Shown here: positions 8,572-18,630 of the stretch, piece by piece
How the letters are laid out: every line of letters begins with the position of its first letter
Numbering within the stretch: position 1 is the first letter of the stretch
DNA from: Caldimicrobium thiodismutans
Lineage (GTDB): Bacteria > Desulfobacterota > Thermodesulfobacteria > Thermodesulfobacteriales > Thermodesulfobacteriaceae
Assembly (NCBI RefSeq): GCF_001548275.1
Contig: NZ_AP014945.1
Coordinates: 210,001-242,000, forward strand
Direction: 5' to 3'
DNA length: 32,000 nt
Made by a program: the position numbers and the translations under genes
Notes under the pieces: model-generated
Told to the model about the DNA's origin: nothing
What the model saw: the letters and a program-made list of their open reading frames with translations, nothing else
Database searches by the model: none

Positions 8572-9006
8572 CTAAAATATCAAAATCTTTTGAGAAGATT
8601 TTATAGCTCCAATAAGGTCTTTAAGAACACTTGTATTCCCAAGACTTGGGGACTGCCTGTCCCTCATTTTAAGACAGGTCAGTCAGGAAAAAAATTCTCC
8701 CCCATTTTGAAGGATTTTATAAAAAAGCTCTTTAAGATTAAATTGCGTGGTTTCTAATTCAAGAGCCTCAACACCCTCTCCTGTAAAGAAAATTTTTACT
8801 TTTTCTCCAGAGGATAACAAACCCTCTGCAATTCTCATGGCATTCCAGAGTCTCTCTAAATCTTTGGTAAGAATGATAAAGAGATAAAAACTTGAGGAGC
8901 TTCCAGCCCCACCTTCAGGAGGTCAACAAGCTGTCTGAGCCTGCCCTCCCCCAAATGGTGACGTAGGTCAAGCAAATCCAAAAGTATGCATGTTTTCCAT
9001 CTTCAT
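8572..9006 (-). CDS. DsrE/DsrF-like protein, candidate selenoprotein (or decaying paralogue) with three in-frame TGA codons
   Basis: AGGAGGTAAAAG-ATG at 9006. A single frame runs to the TAG at 8572 with TGA codons at 8968-8970, 8923-8925 and 8683-8685. Residues 40-144 align with the neighbouring DsrE-like gene, including U-x-x-C at the same position. The gene is absent from the ORF track. Confidence 0.4.
8653..8682 (-). promoter_or_regulatory. SECIS-like hairpin directly after the TGA at 8683-8685
   Basis: RNA CUG-A-CCUGUC-UUAAAAUGAGG-GACAGG-CAG begins at the first base after the UGA. Confidence 0.35.
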
Positions 9007-9032
9007 CTTTTACCTCCTGCAATAAGTTTTTA

Positions 9033-9344
9033 TTAAAAAAACACTAATTTATCGGAATTCATAACCAATTCATAAAAATCAATCATGCTTCCTTCTTCTC
9101 CCTGAGGCGAGAAACCTCTCGCCCTGGCACAGGCGCCTCAAGCAACAATCTTCCCATTTTTTTCAATAACCTCCCTCATAAGAGTAAGAATTTTTTCCTC
9201 ACTTAGGGTTAAAACCTCAACGCCTTTTCCCATGGCAAAGATTTTAACCTCATGGCCCTCTTCAAGGGCAACCAGTGAAAACCTCAAGGCATTGTAAAAA
9301 TTTTCAGCTTCAGAGGTGTTAATCACTACCCCAATTTTCCCCAT
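9033..9344 (-). CDS. DsrE/DsrF-like selenoprotein candidate (Sec at the TGA 9138-9140)
   Basis: The track ORF stops at TGA 9138-9140, but the same frame continues for 34 codons (GACARARGFSPQ...DKLVFF) to a TAA at 9033-9035. Read together this gives VA-U-GAC-ARARG, matching the C-x-x-C...RG active-site region of DsrE-like proteins. The start MGKIGVV at 9344 has a G-rich RBS. Confidence 0.65.
9101..9133 (-). promoter_or_regulatory. Bacterial SECIS-like stem-loop
   Basis: RNA CCUG-UGCCAG-GGCGAGA-GGUU-UCUCGCC-U-CAGG. The GGUU apical loop lies 22-25 nt after the UGA, as in known bacterial SECIS elements. Confidence 0.55.
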
Positions 9345-9472
9345 CTTCCCCCCCTTTATATTCAAATATCTAAATATTAGATTATATAAAACTATCAAAA
9401 AGTCAAGAGGGAAAAATTCTTTTCAAGAAGTTCCTTTTAAAAATTAGAGAAATTTAATTTCCCCAGACTTAA

Positions 9473-11023
9473 CTATGACATCTTTTCCCAGGAAAAATCT
9501 TTGATATTTCTCTCCCCTGAAGAAAACTCAATCCCAATAAGATAAATCTCCTTAGACTTCCCCTCATACTTCTTATGATAACCCTTCTCCTTAAGTTGAG
9601 CTAAGGCTTTAGCTTCTCCCTCCTCTCCCTCAAACACCTTGAACTCAAAAAGATAAACTCTTTCCCTATAGATCACTGTCAAATCTATCTGCCCCTTATT
9701 CGTTATATCCTCAGGTATCACCTCAAGCCCGGACCCACATAAAAAGGCATAAAAACAACTTACATAATACCCCTCATAACGGGAAAGCTCATTTTTCCTG
9801 AACCAATCATGGGGTATCCCTGCGTAAAGACCCTCAAGAACCCTCTTCATCTTCTCAAAATCCCTCTCCCTCACTGCCTCAATCATCTTAAGAGATAGCC
9901 TTGGTCTTTCTGAACTGAGCTGAGTAAAATAAGAAAAAAGAACTCTGTTTAAGCTAATTTTTACCTCTTTATTTGGATAAGAAAGCTTATAGAGAATTAA
10001 CCCTTCCTCTTCAATAGTTTCTTTAATGGTCAAATAACCTACCTGAAAGAGAAGGTTTTCTGGTTCAATATAGTCAAGGTCAAAGGTGCCAATAAGGTCA
10101 TCAGTTGCAGTTAGGTCTTCAAGCTCGGGAAGATAAAAACGCTTCTCCATTAAAAGCTTTACAAGAAAACTGGGAGTCCCAGTTTCAAACCAGTAGGGGT
10201 GAAAGGTTCTTTTCTCAAGATAAAGAAGCACATCAAAGGGGTTGTAAACTGGTTCCCCAAGCCAGGAATAACCATTATACCAGCATCTTATAAGCTCTAA
10301 ATCCTTATCTTGCAATTCTTCTCTGAAAACTTCTTCAAGCTCCTTTTGAGTGAATCCGCAAATAGTTGAATACTTTCTGCTTAAAGTAATATCATTTAAG
10401 AAATTTAAACCTGAGAAAATTGAAGACATATAAAATTTTAAAACCCCTGTTAAAAGAACAAATTTGAGATATCTATCAAGGGGCTTTAGAATAATGTAAA
10501 ATTTTACAAGAATATCTCTTATTCTTTTTGCAGTTTCTCTATCCTCAATGCAATCAAGAATAGGTTTGTCATACTCATCAATAAGAACTACAACTTTTTG
10601 CTTATATTTTTCATAACACTTAAGAATTAATTCCTCAAAACAGCCATCATAAAGGGTTTTTTCTGAACAGGGGACTCCAAGAGTTTCTTGATTTTTCTCA
10701 AGTTGTTCAAGAATATAAGTTATTAGATGTTCCTCTCCTTTGAAGGTTCTTCCCCCAAAACTTATATGAATAACAGGATACCTGACACTCCAGTCCCAGT
10801 TTTTCTCAAGATAAAGCCCCTGGAAAAACTCCTTTCTTCCAAGGAAGGCCTGTTTCAGGGTGTCCACAAAAAGGGATTTTCCAAATCTCCTTGGGCGAGA
10901 GAGAAAATAATAAGTTCCCTCTTCAACAAGTTTTGCAACAAATGGAGTTTTATCCACATAATAATAGGGCTCACTTCTAATCTTTTCAAAGCTTGAAATT
11001 CCAATGGGAAGTTTTTTCTGCAT
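9473..11023 (-). CDS. AAA-ATPase-like (PF09820-type) protein with C-terminal PD-(D/E)xK nuclease domain (PDDEXK_9/DUF1703-type)
   Basis: N-terminal LPIGISSFEKIR...YYYVDKT..I..L......YFLSRPRRFGKSL is the hallmark of this family. The C-terminal G.IDL.V......YLFEFK is the nuclease-fold motif. Confidence 0.8.
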   Translation of the reverse strand: MQKKLPIGISSFEKIRSEPYYYVDKTPFVAKLVEEGTYYFLSRPRRFGKSLFVDTLKQAFLGRKEFFQGLYLEKNWDWSVRYPVIHISFGGRTFKGEEHLITYILEQLEKNQETLGVPCSEKTLYDGCFEELILKCYEKYKQKVVVLIDEYDKPILDCIEDRETAKRIRDILVKFYIILKPLDRYLKFVLLTGVLKFYMSSIFSGLNFLNDITLSRKYSTICGFTQKELEEVFREELQDKDLELIRCWYNGYSWLGEPVYNPFDVLLYLEKRTFHPYWFETGTPSFLVKLLMEKRFYLPELEDLTATDDLIGTFDLDYIEPENLLFQVGYLTIKETIEEEGLILYKLSYPNKEVKISLNRVLFSYFTQLSSERPRLSLKMIEAVRERDFEKMKRVLEGLYAGIPHDWFRKNELSRYEGYYVSCFYAFLCGSGLEVIPEDITNKGQIDLTVIYRERVYLFEFKVFEGEEGEAKALAQLKEKGYHKKYEGKSKEIYLIGIEFSSGERNIKDFSWEKMS

Positions 11024-11112
11024 AACTTTATTTTAAGGCCTCTTTTTTCAAAAATCAATGTTAGCTCTTTCTTTATGCAATTCCCTTTTAAACCAGGGCA
11101 TTTTTTTCATTA

Positions 11113-11228
11113 CTGTAGGGGCAGGTCTAAGGTGTCTGCCCCATGTAGAGGTTTAAAATTTTAAACCCCTATAGCCACATTGATGCTAAGAAACACATAA
11201 CAGGCAAACATATAGGTTTGCCAGGGTG
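11113..11228. repeat. Hairpin-repeat cluster (same family as 2296-2370, opposite orientation)
   Basis: GGGGCAG/CTGCCCC (11118-11142), the 18-nt palindrome GGTTTAAAATTTTAAACC (11150-11167), and GGCAAAC/GTTTGCC (11203-11222) with a flanking ACACATAACAGG. Confidence 0.7.
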
Positions 11229-11255
11229 CAACCCCTTTTTAAAGGAGAATCTCAC

Positions 11256-11283
11256 TTGAGAAAAATTTTCAATTATTTATAAT
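11256..11283 (+). promoter_or_regulatory. Sigma70-like promoter candidate for the helicase-MTase operon
   Basis: TTGAGA (11256-11261), 16 nt spacer, TATAAT (11278-11283). Confidence 0.3.
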
Positions 11284-11314
11284 GATTTAAAGCCTTGGAG
11301 GGAAAACAATCTGG

Positions 11315-14300
11315 TTGAGTAATGATCTTATAATAAGGGAGAGCGCTGAGATGAAGGCACACACAGATTTAACTTTCATAGTAAATGAACCAGGGCATAC
11401 TCTTAAAGATAGATTTGAGAAACTGATAAAAGATTGCAAATTTTTTGATTGTTTGGTTGCTTATTTTTATATAAGCGGGTTTCACGCCATATCCAAAGCA
11501 CTTGAAAAAACTGAGAGAATAAGAATTCTTATTGGGCTTGGGATAAATAAAGAAGCCTATGAGTTAGTTAAAAGCGCAAAAGATAGACCTCAAAATTTAT
11601 GTCAACTCTCTCATTCAGAAACAAAAGAAATCATTGAAAAGGCGATAGTAGATGAGTTGGCTGATTCAGAAGATAGTCTTCAAGTTGAAGAGGGAGTTAA
11701 AAAATTTGTTGAATGGATAAGATCAGAGAAATTACAAATAAGGGCTTATCCTTCTCAAACTCTTCATGCGAAATTATATATTATGACTTTTAAAGAAGGT
11801 GATAGAGATATAGGAAGAGTAATTACTGGTTCAAGTAATTTTACCTATTCAGGCCTTGTGGATAATCTTGAATTTAATGTAGAGCTTAAAAACCGAGCAG
11901 ACTATGAATTTGCAAAAAGTAAATTTGAAGAATTATGGAGAGATTCAGTTGATGTAAATGAAAAATTTATTCAAACAATAAATGAAAAAACCTGGCTTAA
12001 TCAAAATATTACCCCTTATGAGCTTTATCTTAAATTTTTATACGAATATTTTAAAGAGGAATTATCAAGAACAGATGAAATATTTACAAAATATTTGCCA
12101 GAAAATTTTAAAAGATTTGAATATCAAGAGCAAGCAATTTTAAATGCTAAAAAGATACTGGAAGAGTATGGAGGTGTTTTTATTTCCGATGTAGTAGGTC
12201 TCGGGAAAACCTATGTTGCCACTATGCTTGCAGCGCAACTTGATGGAAGAACGCTTGTTATAGCACCACCAGCGCTTCTCAATGAAAACAACCCAGGGTC
12301 ATGGATAAATATTATTCGTGACTTTCATATACCTGCTAAATGCTGTTCAATTGGCAAACTTGATGAAGCAAAAGCATTTATAGAAAGATATGAAAATACA
12401 GATCATCCTGTAAAAAACATAATTATAGATGAATCACATCGTTTTAGAAATGAAACTACAATTAGTTATGAAGATATTGCTGAAATTTGTCGAGGAAAAA
12501 GAGTTATATTGGTTTCAGCAACCCCTTATAATAACTCACCAACGGACATTCTTGCCCAGATAAAGCTCTTTCAGAATCCGAGAAAAAGCACTATCCCTGG
12601 TGTCCCAAACCTTGAAGATTTCTTTGGTAAACTTGAGGCAAGATTAAAGAAAGTTGACAGGCAGAAAGATTATAACAAATTTCTTGAGATAACAAAAATT
12701 AATGCAAAAGAAATACGTGATAAAGTTTTGAAATATTTAATGGTTAGAAGAACAAGAAGTGAAATTGAAAAATATTTTGCAGAGGATCTGAATAAAAACA
12801 ATGTTAAATTTCCAGATGTAGAGAACCCAAAGCCCTTTTATTATCAGTTAAATGATGATGAAGATAGAATTTTCATGGAAACAGTTAAACTCATAACACA
12901 AGATTTCAACTATGCTCGTTATAAACCATTACTTTATTTAAAGAAATCAATTTCCCCGCTTGAAGCGCAGTCTCAAAGGAATATGGGGGGTTTCATGAAA
13001 GTGCTTCTTGTAAAGCGTTTGGAGAGTAGTTTCTATGCATTTAGAAAAAGTATTGATAGATTTATCAGGTCATATGAGACGTTTATTAAAGAATATGAAA
13101 AAGGAAATGTATATATAAGCAAAGGATATATAAACAAAATTTTTGAACTTTTAGAACAAGGAGATGATGAAACAATTCAAAGATTAATAGATGAGGGAAA
13201 GGCAGAAAGATATGATAGTGAAGATTTCAGTCCTGATTTTGAAAAAGATTTAAAGAATGACCTTGAAATTTTGAAAAAGATAAAATCAATGTGGGAGAAT
13301 ATAAAAAGAGATCCAAAAATTCAAAAGTTAATCAACGAATTAAAAAATAATTCTATTCTTAAAAATAAAAAAATAATTATCTTTACTGAATCTAAAGAAA
13401 CGGCAGAGTATTTAACTGAGCATATAAACAGCGAAATTGGAGAAATAGCTTTGCTCTTTCATGGTAGCTCTTCTGAAAGTATCCGAGATAAAGTTATAGA
13501 AAATTTTGATGCAAGGGCAAAAAATAAGAGGAGTTATTATAGAATTCTTGTTACAACTGAGGTTCTCTCAGAGGGAGTTAATCTTCATCAGTCAAACATT
13601 GTAATAAATTATGATATACCCTGGAATCCTACAAGGCTGATGCAGAGAGTTGGAAGAATTAACAGGATAGACACTCCGCATGATAGAATTTACATTTTTA
13701 ACTTTTTCCCTACAAGGCAAGCGGATTCTGAAATTGAACTTACAAATATTGCTCGCTCAAAAATAGAGGCATTTTTAACATTACTGGGTGGTGATTCAGC
13801 CATTTTAACAGAGGGAGAACCAGTCTCTTCTCATGAACTCTTTGATAAGCTTCTTTCAAAGAAAACCATCACTGAGGAAGATGAAGAGGAGGAAAGTGAG
13901 CTGAAATACTTAAGAATTATTGAAGATATTCGTGATAAAAATCCAGAACTTTTTGAGAGAATAAAAGGACTTCCAAAGAAAGCTCGCTCTGCAAAGGCAG
14001 GATGTAACACAGGCACTCTTGCCTATGAAAGTAACACAGACAAGAATGTCTGTGCTACCAGTGATGCCTTACTTACATTTTTTAGAAAAGGAAAACTTAT
14101 GAAATTTTTTTTATCCAATAAAGAAAAAACAATTGAGCTTGATTTTATAACTGCTGCAAAAATTCTTGAAAGCACACAGGATGAAAAAAGAGTAAAGCTT
14201 CCCCTTAAAAGTTATTATGAATTGCTTAATAAGAATAAAAATGCTTTCTTTAATGCAACTATGGAAGAGGAAATGATTGAGACGACTGGTAGACGAGGTG

Positions 14301-14617
14301 GTGGAAGTAGTTCTGTTAAACTTCTAAAAATTTTAAAAGCAACACAAAAGAATAGTAAGCAACTGACAGAAGAACAAGAAGACTATCTTAAAAAAGTAAT
14401 AACCCGTTTAGAAGAAGGTTCCTTACCTAAACAGACAGTTAAGAGGATACTCAGTGAACTAAATAAATTAGGAACAGAGATTCAAAATCCCTTAAAGGTT
14501 ATTGGAATTCTTCAGAGAGAAATATCTCCTGCTTTTCTTAAAAGCCATTATGCAGAAACCTCAGCAATAACAGAAGGAAAAAGGGAAGTTATACTATCAC
14601 TTTATTTAGCAAGGTGA
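11315..14617 (+). CDS. PLD-family (single HKD) nuclease domain fused to an SNF2/Rad54-type helicase
   Basis: HKD motif LHAKLYIM (H at 11765) with GSSNFT (11828-11845). Helicase motifs DVVGLGKT (12198-), IIDESHRF (12428-), SATPYNN and QRVGRINRI. The TTG at 11315 is the track start, and the ATG at 11351 with an AAGGGAGAG RBS is more likely. Confidence 0.9.
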   Translation: MSNDLIIRESAEMKAHTDLTFIVNEPGHTLKDRFEKLIKDCKFFDCLVAYFYISGFHAISKALEKTERIRILIGLGINKEAYELVKSAKDRPQNLCQLSHSETKEIIEKAIVDELADSEDSLQVEEGVKKFVEWIRSEKLQIRAYPSQTLHAKLYIMTFKEGDRDIGRVITGSSNFTYSGLVDNLEFNVELKNRADYEFAKSKFEELWRDSVDVNEKFIQTINEKTWLNQNITPYELYLKFLYEYFKEELSRTDEIFTKYLPENFKRFEYQEQAILNAKKILEEYGGVFISDVVGLGKTYVATMLAAQLDGRTLVIAPPALLNENNPGSWINIIRDFHIPAKCCSIGKLDEAKAFIERYENTDHPVKNIIIDESHRFRNETTISYEDIAEICRGKRVILVSATPYNNSPTDILAQIKLFQNPRKSTIPGVPNLEDFFGKLEARLKKVDRQKDYNKFLEITKINAKEIRDKVLKYLMVRRTRSEIEKYFAEDLNKNNVKFPDVENPKPFYYQLNDDEDRIFMETVKLITQDFNYARYKPLLYLKKSISPLEAQSQRNMGGFMKVLLVKRLESSFYAFRKSIDRFIRSYETFIKEYEKGNVYISKGYINKIFELLEQGDDETIQRLIDEGKAERYDSEDFSPDFEKDLKNDLEILKKIKSMWENIKRDPKIQKLINELKNNSILKNKKIIIFTESKETAEYLTEHINSEIGEIALLFHGSSSESIRDKVIENFDARAKNKRSYYRILVTTEVLSEGVNLHQSNIVINYDIPWNPTRLMQRVGRINRIDTPHDRIYIFNFFPTRQADSEIELTNIARSKIEAFLTLLGGDSAILTEGEPVSSHELFDKLLSKKTITEEDEEEESELKYLRIIEDIRDKNPELFERIKGLPKKARSAKAGCNTGTLAYESNTDKNVCATSDALLTFFRKGKLMKFFLSNKEKTIELDFITAAKILESTQDEKRVKLPLKSYYELLNKNKNAFFNATMEEEMIETTGRRGGGSSSVKLLKILKATQKNSKQLTEEQEDYLKKVITRLEEGSLPKQTVKRILSELNKLGTEIQNPLKVIGILQREISPAFLKSHYAETSAITEGKREVILSLYLAR
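14004..14058 (+). repeat. Hairpin-repeat element inserted in frame inside the helicase ORF
   Basis: GTAACACAGGCActctTGCCTATG followed by CACAGACA-AGAA-TGTCTGTG (14035-14054). This is the same element as at 22064-22083 and 23207-23226. It translates as [19 protein letters not shown]. Confidence 0.75.
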
Positions 14618-14622
14618 TAAAT

Positions 14623-14916
14623 ATGACAAAAATTGAAGAGATTAAAGAAAAAATAAGAGAACTAAAACCTGTGCTTCAAGAAAAATATAAAGTTAGCGAG
14701 ATAGGCATCTTTGGCTCTTATGTGAGAGGAGAGCAGAAAAAGAAAAGCGACCTTGATATCCTTGTTGATTTTTATGAAGTTCCTGACCTGTGGTCATTCA
14801 TTGAACTTCAAGATTTTCTATCAAAAGAATTAAAAGTTAAAGTTGACCTTGTTATGAAATCCGCCCTTAAGCCATATATAGGAAAAATTATCTTACAAGA
14901 GGTAATTTATATATGA
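14623..14916 (+). CDS. Minimal nucleotidyltransferase (MNT, MntA-type antitoxin)
   Basis: [10 protein letters not shown]...SDLDILV (GS...DxD). AAGGTGA RBS before the ATG at 14623 (the track gives a GTG at 14614). Confidence 0.85.
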   Translation: MTKIEEIKEKIRELKPVLQEKYKVSEIGIFGSYVRGEQKKKSDLDILVDFYEVPDLWSFIELQDFLSKELKVKVDLVMKSALKPYIGKIILQEVIYI

Positions 14917-15260
14917 GAGAAATAAGAGACTATCTGATAGACATAAAAACTGAATGTGAATATTTAATGAGCAAAAGTAAAAATTTAGACTATGAAAGTT
15001 TTATCGTAAATGAGGAACTGAAAAGAGCATTTGTAAGAAGCCTTGAAATCATTGGAGAAGCCAGTAAGCACATTCCAAAAGAGTTGAGAAGAAAATACTC
15101 TCAAATCAGATGGAAAAGTGTTATAGGAATGAGAAACATTTTGATTCATGAATATTTTGAAGTTGATTACATGGTTTTGTGGAAAGTCATTAAAGAAAAA
15201 ATACCAGAGTTGTATGAAGTGATAAAAAATATGCTTGAAGAGGTAAACAAAAATGAATAG
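14913..15260 (+). CDS. HEPN domain (DUF86, HepT-type) toxin
   Basis: Rx4H motif in [13 protein letters not shown] overlap with the MNT stop. Confidence 0.85.
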   Translation: MREIRDYLIDIKTECEYLMSKSKNLDYESFIVNEELKRAFVRSLEIIGEASKHIPKELRRKYSQIRWKSVIGMRNILIHEYFEVDYMVLWKVIKEKIPELYEVIKNMLEEVNKNE

Positions 15261-18200
15261 AGAACAAGCAAAAAACTTGATAATTGAAACATTTGAAAAT
15301 TCTTTTGATAAAGATAAATTTATTAAATTTAACACTAATTTACTAAAAACTTATGATAGAAATAAAGCTCTTGAACCAAGAAGCGGAATTCAAGGGATAA
15401 CTGAAAGATATCTTGATTTTATTGCATCCTGGGAAAGAATTGGTAGATATGTAGATAAAGATGGCAAAAAGATTGATATATTGGTTGTGAAATTAAAGAG
15501 GGAAACATCCCTTTTCAGAGCAAGAACTGCTCAGAGAAATTTCGTTGCTGAATATTTAAAAGGAATCCTTGGAACAACTACAGAGAAAGATGCGGCCCTT
15601 GTAGCTTTTATATCACCAGATTTAGAAGACTGGCGATTTTCCCTTGTCAAATTAGATTATCGCTTTGAGGAGACCCCTTCTGGCAGAGTTAAAGCCAAAG
15701 AAGAATTTACACCTGCCAAAAGATGGTCCTTCCTTGTTGGAAAAAATGAAAAAAGCCACACCGCTCAATCAAGATTTTTACCCATACTTGAAAATGATGA
15801 TTTCAAACCAACCCTTGAAGATTTAGAAAAAGCCTTTGATGTTGAGGTTGTAACAAAAGAATTTTTTGAAAAATATAGAAACCTCTTCATAAGAACAAAA
15901 CTTGAACTTGATGAAATTGTTAAGAAAGATAAAAAAGTGAGAAAAGAATTTGAAAGAAAGAATATCAATACTATTGATTTTGCCAAAAAACTACTTGGTC
16001 AAATTGTATTTCTCTATTTCCTACAAAAGAAGGGTTGGTTTGGTGTTGAAAAAGGAAAACCTTGGGGAACAGGTCCAAAAGACTTTATAAGGAGATTGTT
16101 TAACAAAGAATTTGGAGATTATGAAAACTTTTACAACGATATACTTGAACCACTTTTTTATGAAGCATTAAGAACAGATAGAAGCGTGGATGACCATTAT
16201 TACAGTAGATTTAATTGCAAAATTCCTTTCTTAAATGGTGGTCTTTTTGACCCTATTAATGATTTTGACTGGGTAAATGTTGATATTCTTTTACCTAATG
16301 AGCTTTTCTCAAATAAAAATAGAACAAAAGAAGGTGATATTGGAGATGGTATTCTTGATGTCTTTGATAGATTTAATTTCACTGTAAATGAAGAAGAGCC
16401 ACTTGAAAAAGAAGTAGCCCTTGATCCTGAGCTTCTTGGAAAAATTTATGAAAAACTAAATGCCATAAGACCGGATAACTTTGATGAATATGTAAGAGTT
16501 CTAAAATCTGGTAAAAAAGGTGAAGAAACAAAGTTTAATAAAGAATATGGAGTTTATTACACGCCAAGAGAAATTGTCCATTATATGTGCCAGGAAAGTT
16601 TGATAAATTATCTTGAAATAGAACTTCAAGGGAAGGTCAAAAAAGAAGATATTGAAGAATTTGTAAGATATGCTGATTTAATTTTAGAGAATGAAAGAAC
16701 AGTTATAAATAAAAGAAAAGAAACAAAGACATATAAGCATAAAATGCCAGAAAGTATAATTGAAAATGCACAACTTATTGATGAACTTCTTGCTAATATT
16801 AAAATTTGCGACCCAGCTGTTGGTTCTGGTGCTTTTCCTATTGGAATGATGCATGAGATAGTAAAATTAAGACAATTGCTATCAGTATATCTTAATAAAC
16901 CGATAAACAATTATGACTTAAAGCGCCATTGTATAGAAAATTCTCTTTACGGAGTAGATATTGACCCAGGAGCAGTTGAGACTTGTAAGTTAAGATTCTG
17001 GCTTTCAATGATTGTGGATGAAGAAGATTTTAACAACATAAAACCCCTTCCTAACCTTGATTATAAGGTTGTCTGTGGGGATTCACTTTTAGGATTTCCT
17101 GAAAATTGGGGTTCAAATATTGAAAAGGAAATTGAAGATTTAATGGATAGATACTTTGAAGAAGCTCATCCTAAAACCAAATCAGAATTAAAACAGTTAA
17201 TTGATGGGAAAATAAAATGGCGGTTAGAAAATTCAGAAAAAAATTTTGGATACAAAATTAATTTTGATTTTAGATTATTCTTCCCAAAGGTATTTAAAGA
17301 AAAAGGTGGTTTTGATATAGTGATTGCAAATCCGCCGTATGTGAGGCAGGAAAGGATAAAACATTTAAAACCTAATCTTCAAAAATTTTATAGGGACTTC
17401 TTTAACTCCACTTCTGACCTTTACACTTACTTTTACAAAGAATCATACGATATTTTACGAAATGATGGGATACTTTGTTTTATATCAAGCAACAAATGGT
17501 TGAGGGCAAAGTATGGTAAGAATTTAAGAAAACTTTTGAAAGAAAACACAAAAATAATAGAACTTATAGATTTTTCTGGCTATTCAGTCTTTGAACAAAC
17601 TGTTGATACGAATATAATTCTCTTTCAAAAGAGAAGACCAGAGAAACACCATGCTTTAAACTTTGTGAATGTAAAAAGTGATGTTGATGATGTAATAAAC
17701 TACATTCAAGATAATAAACAATCCATTTTACAAGAAAAACTCTCTGATAATGCTTGGACACTGGCGGAAGATAAAGTCCTTACATTGAAAGAAAAGATAG
17801 AAAAGATTGGAAAACCACTTAAAGAGTGGGATGTGAAAATTTATTTTGGAATTAAGACAGGCTTTAATGAGGCATTCATTATTGATACAGAGACAAGAAA
17901 CAAGATTTTAGCAAACTGCAAAACAGAAGAAGAAAGAAAAAGGACAGAAGAGATAATAAAACCGGTTTTGAGAGGAAGGGATATTGAAAGATGGAGGTAT
18001 AAGTGGGCAGGATTGTGGTTGATAGGAACATTTCCAGCTTTAAATCTTAACATTGATAACTATCCAGCGTTAAAAGAATATCTAAAATCATTTGGAGATA
18101 GATTAAATCAGGATGGAAAGCCAGGGCATCGTAAGAAAACTAATAATAAATGGTTTGAGACACAGGATAATATTGCATACTACCCAGAATTTGAAAAGGA

Positions 18201-18630
18201 AAAGATTGTGTGGAATAGGATTACAGAAGAAATTGTATTTTCTTATGTAGAGGCTAACTATTATGTTTTAGATAGTACTTTTATGCTTACAGGAGAAAAT
18301 TTAAAGTTTTTGATATCTATATTAAATTCTAATGTTATTAGTTTTTGGATAAAACTTTCCGCAGCCACATTGGGGAAAGGTAATTATGGTGCCAAAATTT
18401 ATATTGAAAATTCTCCCATTCCACCCATCACACCACAAAACCAACCCATTGTCAAGCAACTAGAAAAACTTGTAGATAAAATCCTAACCCTAACCCAAGA
18501 CCCAACCTACGCCACAGACCCACAAAAACAGGAAGAAGTTAAAAAGCTTGAAAAACAAATAGACCACCTTGTGTATAAGCTTTATAATTTAACAGAGGAG
18601 GAGATTAAAATAATTGAAGGAGAAAAATAA
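15253..18630 (+). CDS. Large gamma-class N6-adenine DNA methyltransferase (Eco57I/PglX/YeeA-like) with a TaqI_C-like target-recognition domain
   Basis: Motif [11 protein letters not shown] (about 16809-16838). Motif IV NPPY (17329-17340). [16 protein letters not shown]...[12 protein letters not shown]-terminal [17 protein letters not shown] tail. No convincing D...ExK nuclease triad was seen by eye in the N-terminal 450 aa. Confidence 0.9.
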   Translation: MNREQAKNLIIETFENSFDKDKFIKFNTNLLKTYDRNKALEPRSGIQGITERYLDFIASWERIGRYVDKDGKKIDILVVKLKRETSLFRARTAQRNFVAEYLKGILGTTTEKDAALVAFISPDLEDWRFSLVKLDYRFEETPSGRVKAKEEFTPAKRWSFLVGKNEKSHTAQSRFLPILENDDFKPTLEDLEKAFDVEVVTKEFFEKYRNLFIRTKLELDEIVKKDKKVRKEFERKNINTIDFAKKLLGQIVFLYFLQKKGWFGVEKGKPWGTGPKDFIRRLFNKEFGDYENFYNDILEPLFYEALRTDRSVDDHYYSRFNCKIPFLNGGLFDPINDFDWVNVDILLPNELFSNKNRTKEGDIGDGILDVFDRFNFTVNEEEPLEKEVALDPELLGKIYEKLNAIRPDNFDEYVRVLKSGKKGEETKFNKEYGVYYTPREIVHYMCQESLINYLEIELQGKVKKEDIEEFVRYADLILENERTVINKRKETKTYKHKMPESIIENAQLIDELLANIKICDPAVGSGAFPIGMMHEIVKLRQLLSVYLNKPINNYDLKRHCIENSLYGVDIDPGAVETCKLRFWLSMIVDEEDFNNIKPLPNLDYKVVCGDSLLGFPENWGSNIEKEIEDLMDRYFEEAHPKTKSELKQLIDGKIKWRLENSEKNFGYKINFDFRLFFPKVFKEKGGFDIVIANPPYVRQERIKHLKPNLQKFYRDFFNSTSDLYTYFYKESYDILRNDGILCFISSNKWLRAKYGKNLRKLLKENTKIIELIDFSGYSVFEQTVDTNIILFQKRRPEKHHALNFVNVKSDVDDVINYIQDNKQSILQEKLSDNAWTLAEDKVLTLKEKIEKIGKPLKEWDVKIYFGIKTGFNEAFIIDTETRNKILANCKTEEERKRTEEIIKPVLRGRDIERWRYKWAGLWLIGTFPALNLNIDNYPALKEYLKSFGDRLNQDGKPGHRKKTNNKWFETQDNIAYYPEFEKEKIVWNRITEEIVFSYVEANYYVLDSTFMLTGENLKFLISILNSNVISFWIKLSAATLGKGNYGAKIYIENSPIPPITPQNQPIVKQLEKLVDKILTLTQDPTYATDPQKQEEVKKLEKQIDHLVYKLYNLTEEEIKIIEGEK

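Noticed and set aside
8572-9344. Explaining the in-frame TGAs by a reassigned genetic code (UGA as Trp or Gly)
   Set aside because: TGA ends several well-defined genes here at the expected protein length, namely aroC, the helicase and MNT. UGA is therefore a normal stop, and context-dependent Sec recoding or pseudogenisation is the better explanation.
9345-9398. Track start MIVLYNLIFRYLNIKGGK for the first DsrE-like gene
   Set aside because: The internal ATG at 9344 is preceded by a G-rich RBS and aligns with the start of the conserved domain. The upstream 18 codons look like non-coding AT-rich promoter sequence.
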